From Eledone cirrhosa (taxonomy: Eukaryota), in the NCBI GenBank assembly GCA_964016885.1, contig OZ024740.1:46872001-46936000 (forward strand): a stretch of DNA of 64,000 nt, in the 5' to 3' direction. Numbering within the stretch: the stretch's first letter is position 1; every line of letters starts with the position of its first letter. Positions 52,082-62,662 of the stretch are shown here, in pieces. A program made the position numbers and the translations under genes. The notes under the pieces were generated by a model. It saw only the letters and a program-made list of their open reading frames with translations. It was not told the DNA's origin and did not search any database.

Positions 52082-52686
52082 TCTATATACAATTAAAACA
52101 CTGTGATTGCTTGTTTGCTTGTCTGTAATGTAATACAGCCAAAAGGGCGCATAATGGGAAAATACTTTGAAAGGAAGTTGACCCTGAAATGTGAATACAA
52201 ATACAAATGGAATAAAACAAGTTTCACGTAAATCGGAGCACGGGTTCCCGAGATATGGGAGTTTTCCGGATACCTTCATAAACACAGAGAGAGAGAGATA
52301 GAGATAGAGAGAGAGAGAGAGAGAGAGAGGAGACAGAGAAGGAGAATGGAAGAGGGAAAGAGAGAGAGAAAGCGGGTGTTGTGTATATATATATATATAT
52401 ATGTGTGTGTATGTGTGTGTGTCTATGACTAGTCTATATAGATCACTGACACCCACATATATATATATACCCACACACATACATATATATATGTATGTGT
52501 GTGGGTATACACACACATTTATATATATATATACATACACACACGTATATATATGGGCCTTTCAGTTTCATTTCATATTATATACATGTCTATATTTTAA
52601 TTATTCAAAAATTATTTTTAAGTGAACATAATTTAAAAAAAAATATTTTGAAATGAACGTGACCCAACCGGTCACGGGTGGTCTGG
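52082..52686 (+). mobile_element. Probable non-autonomous Helitron with internal microsatellites
   Basis: A|TCTATATAC 5' end; subterminal hairpin CGTGACC-CAACC-GGTCACG (52658-52676); CTGG|T 3' end (CTRR); internal (GA)n and (TA)/(CA) tracts. Confidence 0.55.
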
Positions 52687-55090
52687 TAGCTATTAAAGAT
52701 CAGATTTACCCACTGCAGAATTTAATTTAATTTTGGATGCATTGAAATTTTATAAGTTCTCTCCCTTGCTTCTTTTGAGAAAATGTTTTCATAAATGCTA
52801 ATCAATGTTCGCATTACAATTATAATTTCTATTGACTAAAAAATATTTTCAACTTTACTTTGAGTATGGCAGCTCTTGCTTAGCAATACTTTTTTCATGT
52901 AGAAGGCACCCTTGGAATATTTTCCAATATTATTAGAAGCAGTATGTCCCATCTTATTATTTTCGGGGATAGTCAACATCTGTAACATATTAAAACTATC
53001 ATGTTTATATTCCGTGTCGTAAAAAAAGGTAGGCTATATGCGAGTGAAGAACATAGGAAATTTTTAACATATGTATCCACTCACAGTTTATAACTTCCCG
53101 TGACAATGAGTAATGAATGACCAACATACCTAACCGCCTTTCTCGTATTGTTGAGTTGGCGTTTATTTCTAGAACTGACCAATGTAAAGAGCCATTTTGG
53201 GTTTCTGTTTTTAAAAGTTGAAATTTGTCCTAAAAAATTTTCGGTGCATTTATTCCAATAAATAATATTCAAACAAAAAAGACGAAGAAAAAATCGCATC
53301 TTTTTGAAGCCAATTTTCCATGAAAAAGAGTAGAGAAAGTAGCTAAAAATATATATTTATACAAAGCATCTATTTTTGAGTCACAGTAAATTGTTTTTTG
53401 AATAGCTATTTTGTTTTTTTTGCTGATGGGAGTGTATTATTTGGCAGGATCGCTTCTTCAAACGTTATCTCTGCTGTCATAATGAAGGGTGTAAACATTT
53501 ATTGCTATTTAAAAGTTAAAGCTTTTGGACAGATGTTTTAATCTCTGATGTCAGTGTGTTCCAAAGAGATTCTAATATTTGTTTAAAACGTTTTATCACT
53601 TGGAAACTTTTTCTGTCGTTAAAGATAAATTTATTTTCTTGTTACCACGGTGTCAAAAGTATACAAATAACATCATGGTTGATAATATTCTGTTGAAACA
53701 TAAGTAATAGGAATTTAGAGAGAACTGCAACTATTGTTCTACTCTATTCGTTACTCATATTGTCTTTTATATAGTTAGAAACAGTTAAAAAAAATTTGGT
53801 GAATATAAACACTCGGAATAAACATTTGATTATTCCAGTGTAGAATGTGTTAGTGTCAGTAGCAAAGGATGAGAAGTGATATTAGTTGATAGATAAACTA
53901 GTTGGACAATAAAATATCAAATGTGTGATACTTGCCCTAGGACAGAAATAAATGAATGGAAGTTAGTTCTTCTGCATGTATGGAGGTAAAAAGAAATGAT
54001 TGGTGGGATTAGTAAATTTACTAAAAGGCTTCGCTATCGTTTATGGTGAAGACTTTGATTTCATTAAATTTATATGAATAAAACCCATTTCCTTATAAAA
54101 TAGGTGAGTAGATTAATTGTGATTCTTAGAGACTTGATACAGTAGTCCGTGGTAGATTGACAGTCTTCTAATGTTTACCAATACTTAGATAATTAGTCAG
54201 TAATTGATTTGGTTAAATCATAAACATATTTTCATATTTTGTAATATGAAGAAATGATTTGAAGATTCATATGTCATGGAAGAGCGTGGAGAACTTCGGG
54301 ACATTTATCCACACAGTTGTTATGAAAAAGAACAGTGCTGATACTATCTTACAAACTGATACAGAATGGATGAACACAGGTGATCTAAACGAATGACTTA
54401 GTTATTAAGTTTGACTTGTAAGGAGCTCCGAGAGAATAAAGCTCTTTAGAGAATTAAACTGATGAGTATTGTTTGAATAATTAGGAAATTGTGTTCAATG
54501 TATAAGACTCGATTATGGCAAATATTCTGTTAGGTATTTAGTAGCCTGCTGTCACTGGTATTTGAAAATTTCCAAAGTGTTGTAGAATTTAGATGTTAAA
54601 TAGCAACAAGAATGAATTATTTTTATAATCTTGAAATGTTGATTTGACTGGAAAACTCTCAAAATAGAAACTTTTTATTGTTTCAGCAGAAGAAATAACT
54701 TCAAAGATATAAAACAAAATAGCTGCACAAAAATTTCAGACTGTGCCTCAGGCTCACTAAAAAATTTGAATTTTGTTTATCTCATGATGTTTAAATCTTT
54801 CTTTATATACTCTCTTTAAAATTCAAAGAAGGATTTCACTGAAAAAACAAAACCAAACCCTTTTCATTCGATACATTCCGATTAAATACGAATTCCAAAT
54901 TTTCCAGGTTCCATTTTAATCATATATAGTTTATTTACTCGTAAAACATTTTGATTTGAAACAGTTTTCATTGGTTATAGATAATTATCTTCCTCTCCTT
55001 TATCCTTAATTGCTTCGACATATCCAGAAATTTAAATTCATTCTCAAAGTGATATTTGTGAGTGAGTTAGATTATCATTTATATATTTCA

Positions 55091-55285
55091 GGGCGGTGGA
55101 TTGGCAGAATCGTTAGATCAATGAACAAAATGCTTTGCAGCATTTACTTCAGCTCTTTATGTTCTATGTTCAAATCCTGCTTAGTTTTTCCTCCTTTCAT
55201 AAATGAAAGTGCCAGTTTAGTACTGGGGTTCGTTTAATTGACTTTCCCCTCACTCAAAATTACTGGTGCCTAAAGTAGAAATTAT
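55091..55285 (+). mobile_element. tRNA-head SINE, decayed (same family as 47993)
   Basis: GGCGGTGGATTGGCAGAATCGTTAG A-box-like; GTTCAAATCC B-box; GTGCCAGTT..TACTGGGGT central motif. Confidence 0.7.
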
Positions 55286-56623
55286 TTATATATCCTGTCC
55301 GCATAGATGGTTGTGGGGATATTTTGGCAAATGGAGAAGAATTTACAGTTTTTATTGCTTTTATTAAAACATTCACCACTACCACACAAAAAAATCCTAA
55401 TCAATGTACACTAGTAGCATTCGTCATTATTTGAAAATCATTGCACCAATGTAATTGTGTTCCAGCTGACTTTCAAAAATACCAAAACCATAAATTCCTA
55501 TATTCACATCTGTCGATTGTACCACATATACAGTTTGAAAACACCGCTGGAACTAGTAACAGACATTTTTTGCATGAACATAATTGTTTCTTTATATGCT
55601 AAACTAATAAATATATATATAAGCTACTTCACCCTCGCTTACTTGATGCTGGGTTTCGTTGTTAATTTGAGAAAAAATCCTTTCACTAAAGTGCACCAGC
55701 AAGGTTTTAGGTGGAGTTCAACAAGGTTCCAGGTTTGTGTATCTTGGCAGCATATTCAATCAGCTGTGATATTTTGATAAATAAGCATTAGTAAAGAGGT
55801 TGCCTCATACTGCGCAGTGAGGTAGAAGTGTTAGTTAAACTAAGCATCAATGTGAGATTTAAAATACACATTTACAATGTATTTACAGACTTTTCTAGAT
55901 ATCGTACTGAATCAGTTCATGTCTGTGGGATGTTATAAACAGCGGTGATTCTGAAAACTACTCAATGTTAATAGCATCAAGGTAGATATGTGTGTAATTA
56001 TGCACCATTCATATTTTAAGTTAATATGATCTGGCTTGATACGATTCTTCAGTACGCTTTTAAATAGAAATATACCGTGAGAGACTGAATTTTGTAAATC
56101 ATGTCATGTTTCAGAATAAGCTTCTATTTTGCTGTTTGAACAGATGGTGGCATGAATTTAATGTTTCACACCAGCTTGATATATCTAACATCTACTATCA
56201 CAACTTGGTAATTTTACAGCATCCTTATATCACGTGTTTTATTTTGACAATTGTCTATGTTTATTGAAAAATTAACTATATATTCAAAACAAATCATTAT
56301 TTTGAGGAAAGCTAAAAGCTCTTAGCCACCCGATTGTGATTCTTTTTCAATTTCTATATTTCTATAATGCCCTCCAAAAAGCCATAAATGTTGTACAAAA
56401 TATTTTCTCTTTACGTCTTATGCCGACGAAATAAATCAATATAAGACATTTATAAATGCCATAACAGCCCATTAATTTTTATTTCAATATAATGAACCTT
56501 TGTTGTGGGATAATTAAAAATAAAACTATATTTAGGGTTTTCCTTTCACAAAATGGCAAGATTGTTTTCCTTTGTTTGCAAAACATCAGGTGTCTGTAAA
56601 TGAGTGTATGTATTTATATATGC

Positions 56624-56628
<5 letters not shown>

Positions 56629-56715
<87 letters not shown>
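56629..56715. repeat. (CA)n microsatellite, ~43 units
   Basis: Read directly. Confidence 0.98.
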
Positions 56716-56720
<5 letters not shown>

Positions 56721-56835
56721 TCAATCGGAGGTAAATACATAGTAGAATATATACAATATTTGACATAGAAATGATTTCTACAGGACTAGAACTGTTTCAT
56801 TCTAGTCCTGTAGAAGCCATTTCTATATTAAATAT
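56721..56835. mobile_element. Palindromic mini-element 1 (36-bp arms, 8-nt loop, ~35-bp left tail)
   Basis: Arms 56756-56791 and 56800-56835 are imperfect reverse complements, flanked by microsatellite. Confidence 0.65.
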
Positions 56836-56880
56836 ATATATATATATATAAGTAGTAACACAACAGTTAGTTCACCATAG

Positions 56881-56919
56881 CGAGAACAATTGTTTCACCT
56901 TATGCGGATCTTCAGCTCG
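56881..56919 (-). ncRNA. Minimal type-I hammerhead ribozyme motif
   Basis: rc: CGAG-CTGAAGA-TCC(GCATAA)GGT-GAAA-CAATTG-TT-CTCG. Canonical core, 4-bp stem I, palindromic stem/loop III, GUU cleavage triplet. Confidence 0.8.
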
Positions 56920-56990
56920 AACTGGTAATGGTTATACGGAACAGGAAAAACAGCCGTTGTTTTTCCTGTTCCGTATAACCATTACCATTC

Positions 56991-57029
56991 CGAGCTGAAG
57001 ATCCGCATAAAGTGAAACAATTGTTCTTG
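56991..57029 (+). ncRNA. Minimal type-I hammerhead motif (mirror copy, weakened stem II)
   Basis: CGAG-CTGAAGA-TCCGCATAAAGT-GAAA-CAATTG-TT-CTTG. Confidence 0.68.
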
Positions 57030-57221
57030 GTATGGTGAACTAACTGTTGTATTACTACTTCTACCAAACTCGTCCCATGGATTGAGTGCTCAACCACTAC
57101 GGATATTACCTTCCAGTATTCTACCTTTATATATATATATATCAGAATGGAGGCAGTAAAAACCAGTTAGACCATTACTCACCAGAGTACTCGATACGAG
57201 TAGGTAATATGAAAAAATTCA

Positions 57222-57326
57222 GAGCCCCGACGGCTGAGCTCCGGCCGTTTCAACAGCTAGATCTGAACTGAAGCGCTGGTATTGGAGCGGCAGGAATCTA
57301 GCTGGTCTACTCTGGGGGTATAGTCC
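57222..57326 (-). ncRNA. Decayed type-I hammerhead with long stems II and III
   Basis: rc: CCCC-CAGAGTA-GACCAGCTAGAT..ATCTAGCTGTT-GAAA-CGGC(CGGAGCTCA)GCCG-TC-GGGG; GUC triplet. Confidence 0.65.
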
Positions 57327-57542
57327 ATATATGGGCAGACAGTCTATGCATAAATAATCTTTAAAGTTCTCTTGCTTTTTGTTTTTTTCGGGGAGTGGTC
57401 AGTAATCGAGGTTTTTTTTACATTTGTTCAGATGTACGTCTTCGTAAAGATAGCTGTTTTAGTCCTGCTTAAAAAAAGAAAAAAGAAAACAAGACAAAAG
57501 AACTTCAAAAATTGTTTATGCATAGACTGTCTGCCCATATAT

Positions 57543-57647
57543 GGACTATACCCCCTGAGAGGATCAGCTAGATTCTCGCCGCTCGAATACCGGCGCTTCA
57601 GTTCGGATCTGCCTGTTGAAACGGCAGGAGCTCAGCCGCCGGTGTCC
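57543..57647 (+). ncRNA. Decayed type-I hammerhead (mirror copy)
   Basis: GGACTATACCCC-CTGAGAG-GATCAGCTAGAT..GATCTGCCTGTT-GAAA-CGGC..GCCG-CC-GGTGTCC. Confidence 0.55.
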
Positions 57648-57675
57648 TGAATTTTTTCATATATATATATATATA

Positions 57676-58083
<408 letters not shown>

Positions 58084-58676
58084 AGTATACGTCCCTTCAG
58101 TATATTCAAATGAAGAAATCTTGAAATGTTTTACATGTATCACTGACTGGTTGGATCTGTAAAATTCGAATCAGCTCAGTTTTGCTGTTTCTTTTAGAAA
58201 ATTATTCAGTAAATGACGTATTTACTGGTATATAGTCATGTGTTGAACTCATGGCAGGATTAAATGGTTTTGAAGTTCAAAGCACTTCAAAGATTACGCT
58301 CCACCTTCATATATAAAGAGTGCAAAAGGAAGTCTTTTTGAATTACAAATACATTTAATTTGAATAGAATAATGCCCCGCTTCCTTTGAAACTCTAAGCA
58401 TGTGTTTATTTTGCTTAATGGTTAATTCAGTCTTGGCTTAACCAATGATTATGGTTATGAATAAAAACCTTAATCAGAGTTGCGGTGCGTAGTGTTCTTG
58501 AGTAAAACATTATTAAAGTAGTGAATGAAAACCTTTAACCAAAGTAGATATACTAAAATTATTGTATTTGTTTTATGAAGATACTTTTGTTCGTAAATTT
58601 AGATGATATATTCACACTGGTTTGGAATATAATCTTATAAAACAGCATTTGGTTTGTTTCATATTGCCAGAGATGT

Positions 58677-59030
58677 GGACGCAGCATGGGCGAATGGTTA
58701 AGAAGTTCGTTTTGCAATCATTAGGCCCCGGGTTTGATTCCATTGCGTGACATCTTGGGCAAGTATTATTTACCTCAGTCTTGTGTTGACCCAAATTTTG
58801 TGAGGGAAATTCTGTAGACGGAAACTGTTGGAAGTATATCGGATGGACTACATCTGTAATTCAAAGGGCCAGCCTTGTCATACACCGTGTTATGCTAAAT
58901 CTCCCCAAGAACTATGTTAAGGGTGCACGTGTCTGTGGAATGCTCAGCCACTTGCATGTTAATTTCACGAGCAGGCTGATCTGTTGTTCGAACAACTGGA
59001 AAACTCATCGTAGAAACCGATGAAAATCCA
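58677..59030 (+). mobile_element. tRNA-derived SINE (second family)
   Basis: A-box-like TGGGCGAATGGTTAAG, B-box-like GGTTTGATTCC, then CTTGGGCAAGT. The 3' part is repeated at 59281-59395. Confidence 0.75.
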
Positions 59031-59280
59031 ACACATAGTACGTATATTATTGATAACGGACGGATGAAAGTAAAGTGTTTAACTTATTAAGATTGTCCTA
59101 ATGATAACCAAGTATTCCTGTTATCTGTCGAATCTCTCTATTCCTAATTTCAATGTGATTTTTCCTTTCTCTTTTTATATTCCTAAATGATATGAATTTT
59201 GTGATAAAAGCAGATACTGGAGCTTAAAATATACACATTTTAAACATTCATTCTCAAAGTGAGATCTCTGAGCGAGTTCC

Positions 59281-59395
59281 GTTAAGGGTACACGTGTTTG
59301 TGGAATGATCAGCCATTTATACGTTATTTTCACGAGGAGACTGTTCCGTTAATAAAACAACTGGAACATTCATCGTCAAACCCGATGGAGGTCCA
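59281..59395 (+). mobile_element. 5'-truncated SINE/LINE 3' tail
   Basis: GTTAAGGGTACACGTGT..CAGCCA..TTTCACGAG..CAACTGGAA..CATCGT aligns by eye with 58916-59030. Confidence 0.75.
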
Positions 59396-59542
59396 TTCCA
59401 TTTTACTTCCAGAGAACGACGTCATGCTCGACCGACATATTTGCACTGCTAGATTCTTTTGACTGAAGTGTTTCAGCAAGATTCCGTTCTAATTCATACG
59501 TCTTGATACAACTCTTGTCTGTGGCATCTTTAACATATATCT

Positions 59543-59660
59543 TAACCCTTTAACATTTAAACCAGCCATATCCGGCCAGAGTTCTCTCACCTCTTTCTGT
59601 TCAAACCGGCCCTAACCAGCTCCTCATACTAATGTTAAGGTATTGTTCTAAAAATAAATA
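59543..59660. mobile_element. End fragment of a DNA-transposon-like repeat (TTAA-CCCTTT terminus)
   Basis: TTAACCCTTTAACATTTAAACCAGCCATATCCGGCC; no partner end found. Confidence 0.35.
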
Positions 59661-59759
59661 ATATCAAAATCTCATAAATTCAATATTATGTGAGATAATT
59701 ATGTGAAATAAAGTGTTTTCTGTGAAACTACAATAGTATATATAGAATAATGTAAATGT

Positions 59760-59940
59760 CAGAAAAAATGCCCTGCGGAATTTGATTACGACTTCTTATG
59801 CTTTAATTCGGAATCTTGCCAAAGTCAGCTTAACCTTTCATTCTCCTGTGTCAATAAAGTAAGCAACAGTTTGGGACTGGTAGTCGATATTAGTCAATTA
59901 TTCCCACCTCTCAAATTTGTGGTCTTGTATTTATATTAAA
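59760..59940 (+). mobile_element. Decayed SINE (family of 47993/55091)
   Basis: AAAATGCCCTGCGGAATTT..CCTTTCATTCTCCTGTGTCAATAAAGTAAGCAACAGTT..ACTGGTAGTCGAT. Confidence 0.6.
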
Positions 59941-60763
59941 AGTCAATATTTCCAACAATTAACATTGTATATAGTTTCACGATCCATCTATCAATTATAT
60001 TAAAGGTGCGTGTCGTATAACAAGTGAGTGAGAGGGTAAGAGAGAGGGAGAGAGAAAGAAAAAGGGAGAGTGTGGTGGTGGTGGTGGTGGTAGTGCCAGC
60101 AACGCTGATTTCCAAAACATTTCACGTCGTAACAAGTATTTATTGAAAGGGGATGATAGGAGTACGCCTGCGTGTGTGTGTGTGCGTGGGCGTGGGCGCG
60201 CGCGTGTGTGTGTATAAGAGAGAAAGAGAGAGAGAGGGGGGGGGGGAGAAAGAGACAGAAAAAAAGAGGAATTAGTTTTCAAAATATTAACCAAGTTGTG
60301 GAAAGAGGGTGAGATGAGTTACTGTGCACCAGAGGGAAAAAGAGCGGCATCTGGGGTGATGCCGACATCTTTTTAATCGCGTACTATAACAAATCTTTGA
60401 AACAAGTTCCAGTAGAGGCGTAAAGAAATACGCACACACACACACACAGACACAAATACGAACATATATGCACGTATGCAGGCATGTGTGTATCTTAAAT
60501 CAGTCGAACAGTGGAAAGAATTCCTGGTTGTTATAAGACCCAATCATTAAATCATGAAGTGACATATCCATTATTAAATCTAATATATATCACTGTCCTT
60601 GTTTCTAACGTTATTATGCAACCGATAAGAATATATTTCCTTTTGTAACTAATCAGTAGGAATGCAAAGTATTTTGTATGCCGAGGAGTATATTTCAAAC
60701 AAGACACATTTATTTTGTCTTCAAGCCTTAGGCTAATATAAAGCGACGTAATGTATATGGATA

Positions 60764-61062
60764 TACATACATACATAAATACATACATACCTACATACAT
60801 ACAGACATACATACACACATACATACGTATATACATACGTACATACATACATACATACATACGTACATACATACCTACACACACACACACACACATACAA
60901 ACAAACATACATACACACATACATACATATATACGTACATACATATGTACATACAAGCATGCATACATACACACACATACACACATACATAATATATACA
61001 TTCATACATACACACACACATACATACATACATACACACACATACATACATAAATACATACA
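60764..61062. repeat. (CATA)n/(CA)n compound microsatellite
   Basis: Read directly. Confidence 0.95.
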
Positions 61063-61486
61063 TCTTGATTTCAAGAGTTGTCATCACTTGATCCGCCTCC
61101 CACACATGGGTGGCACGAATAAAGAATTCTCTTCGGTTATGGCCATCCATGCTCATACGATATATATGAAAGATGTTTAGATTAAGTGATGCCTGTATTT
61201 GGAGCTTTTTTAATGAAGCTTTTTTAATGAAGAATTGCGTTGCACTGGACCGATCTCACTCTCTGAATAACGATGAAAGGTATCCAAAAAGAACAAGTCG
61301 AAATCATTGACTACCATCGAGTCTCAGGATTTACATCACTTTTCCTTCTCATAGAATGATGTCCTAACAAGGACCAGGAGATTCTCACCACCAGTGGGCT
61401 AACCGCGTGCTCGGGTACTAAACAGTATTTCAAATCTTTGCGCATACACACATACATTCATACATACATACGCATATATATATATA

Positions 61487-61878
61487 CGAGGGCAATCCCA
61501 AAAGTAAGGTCTCCTTCCGATATTGCAACTTTTCCGTTAAAATCCTGTGATGGTGCTTCAGGAAACATCAGGAACCAAAATGCAGAGAGCATCCAGAGTT
61601 ATCCGCCGATCTTTACGCATGTTTTCCTCGGAAGGAGACCTTACGTTTGGGATTGCCCTCTATATAATAACTGCGCGAAATTCGCACTTGGCGGTAGCGT
61701 TCAACGGGAGCTCCATTCTCAACGGCTGCCAAGCCAAGATTGAGCGTCCCAGCGAAGCGCACGCATTATTGTTTGGGAGTGAAGGAAGCACCTATCACAA
61801 CAGTGTTGCCAACAGCCGTATGAACAGTCTCTCTGCGTTCCCATCGCGTTGGAGACCTTACTTTTGGGATTACCCTCG
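61487..61878 (-). mobile_element. Tc1/mariner composite with three TIR copies and a transposase N-terminal remnant
   Basis: 28-bp TIR CGAGGGYAATCCCAAAAGTAAGGTCTCC at 61487-61514 and inverted at 61851-61878, TA-flanked; third inverted TIR at 61634-61661. Minus-strand MELPLNATAKCEFRAVII starts at 61716. Confidence 0.9.
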
Positions 61879-61884
61879 TATATA

Positions 61885-62580
61885 TTTAACGAAGGGTTAA
61901 AATGAAAAATTATAATGGTTATATGTGGTTATTAGTTGATATGATAATAACAAAGTATAGTTGTAAATGTATAATAATGAGAATATAAAGAATATACGAG
62001 TAAATGATTTGGTTATATATAGTTTACTTCACGTGAATCAATTAAAAAGTACATATAAAACAGTTACCAAGAGTTGTTAATGTTGTTATTGCTTCTGATG
62101 TGAAGCTTTTGTAGTCTGTTGCTGTTGTTGGTGTGAAAGCAGCGAGCGACAGATAATTGTTGTTGTTGGAATTTGGAGACCGTGGTAGTAGTTGTGAGAC
62201 CGTGCTAGTAAGAGAGCGAGAGATATGGTATCTCTGAATGGTCTGTAGTAACTGTGAACTACCGAGGGTTGCAGACAGTGGTGAATCTTCCACATTTGTG
62301 TTCTGTAGTAGTAGGGTTCCAATCGCTCTGGGTGTATCTGTAGACCTCATGAGGTCTGTTGAATAGTGGTGAATCTTTACATAGCTTGTTCTGTAGTGGG
62401 GTGCTCCGATGTCTCTGTGCTTGATAGCTTGATACAGGCTCTATATATAGCTGTCACTTCCTGTCCCCCAACCTGAGGGGACAGCCCACGCATGAACTTG
62501 TTAACACAATAAATTTGGTGACCTAGAATTTGATCTTTAGGTATCACCCAAAGTTCAAGGCGCGGATAGATTTCGCTACA
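61885..62580 (-). mobile_element. Solo LTR (probably Gypsy-like)
   Basis: Minus-strand ends TGTAGCGAA...TTCGTTA(A)A form an imperfect terminal inverted repeat; TATA on both flanks (possible 4-bp TSD); TATA box with upstream GGAAGTGA near 62442-62462; internal ~88-bp partial duplication. Confidence 0.6.
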
Positions 62581-62583
62581 TAT

Positions 62584-62660
<77 letters not shown>
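62581..62660. repeat. (CA)n/(TA)n microsatellite
   Basis: Read directly. Confidence 0.97.

Positions 62661-62662
<2 letters not shown>

Larger units (their letters stand above)
56850..57127. mobile_element. Palindromic mini-element 2 (~103-bp arms, 5-nt loop, 67-bp right tail), PLE-derived
   Basis: Arms 56850-56952 and 56958-57060; each arm has a hammerhead motif; (TA)n on both sides. Confidence 0.85.
57143..57662. mobile_element. Palindromic mini-element 3 (~180-bp arms, ~80-bp spacer, 64-bp left tail), PLE-derived
   Basis: Arms 57207-~57388 and ~57471-57662; decayed extended hammerhead in each arm; (TA)n on both sides. Confidence 0.85.

Noticed and set aside
52900-56600. Host exons in the AT-rich interval (e.g. 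53081-53299 minus, ~55643-55763 minus, ~53940-53985 plus)
   Set aside because: Isolated splice-like motifs only, with stops or no recognisable protein. Short exons cannot be excluded without RNA-seq.
59543-61900. TTAACCCTT...AAGGGTTAA as the two ends of one piggyBac-like element
   Set aside because: Only 9 bp match, and the right motif lies inside the solo-LTR terminus.
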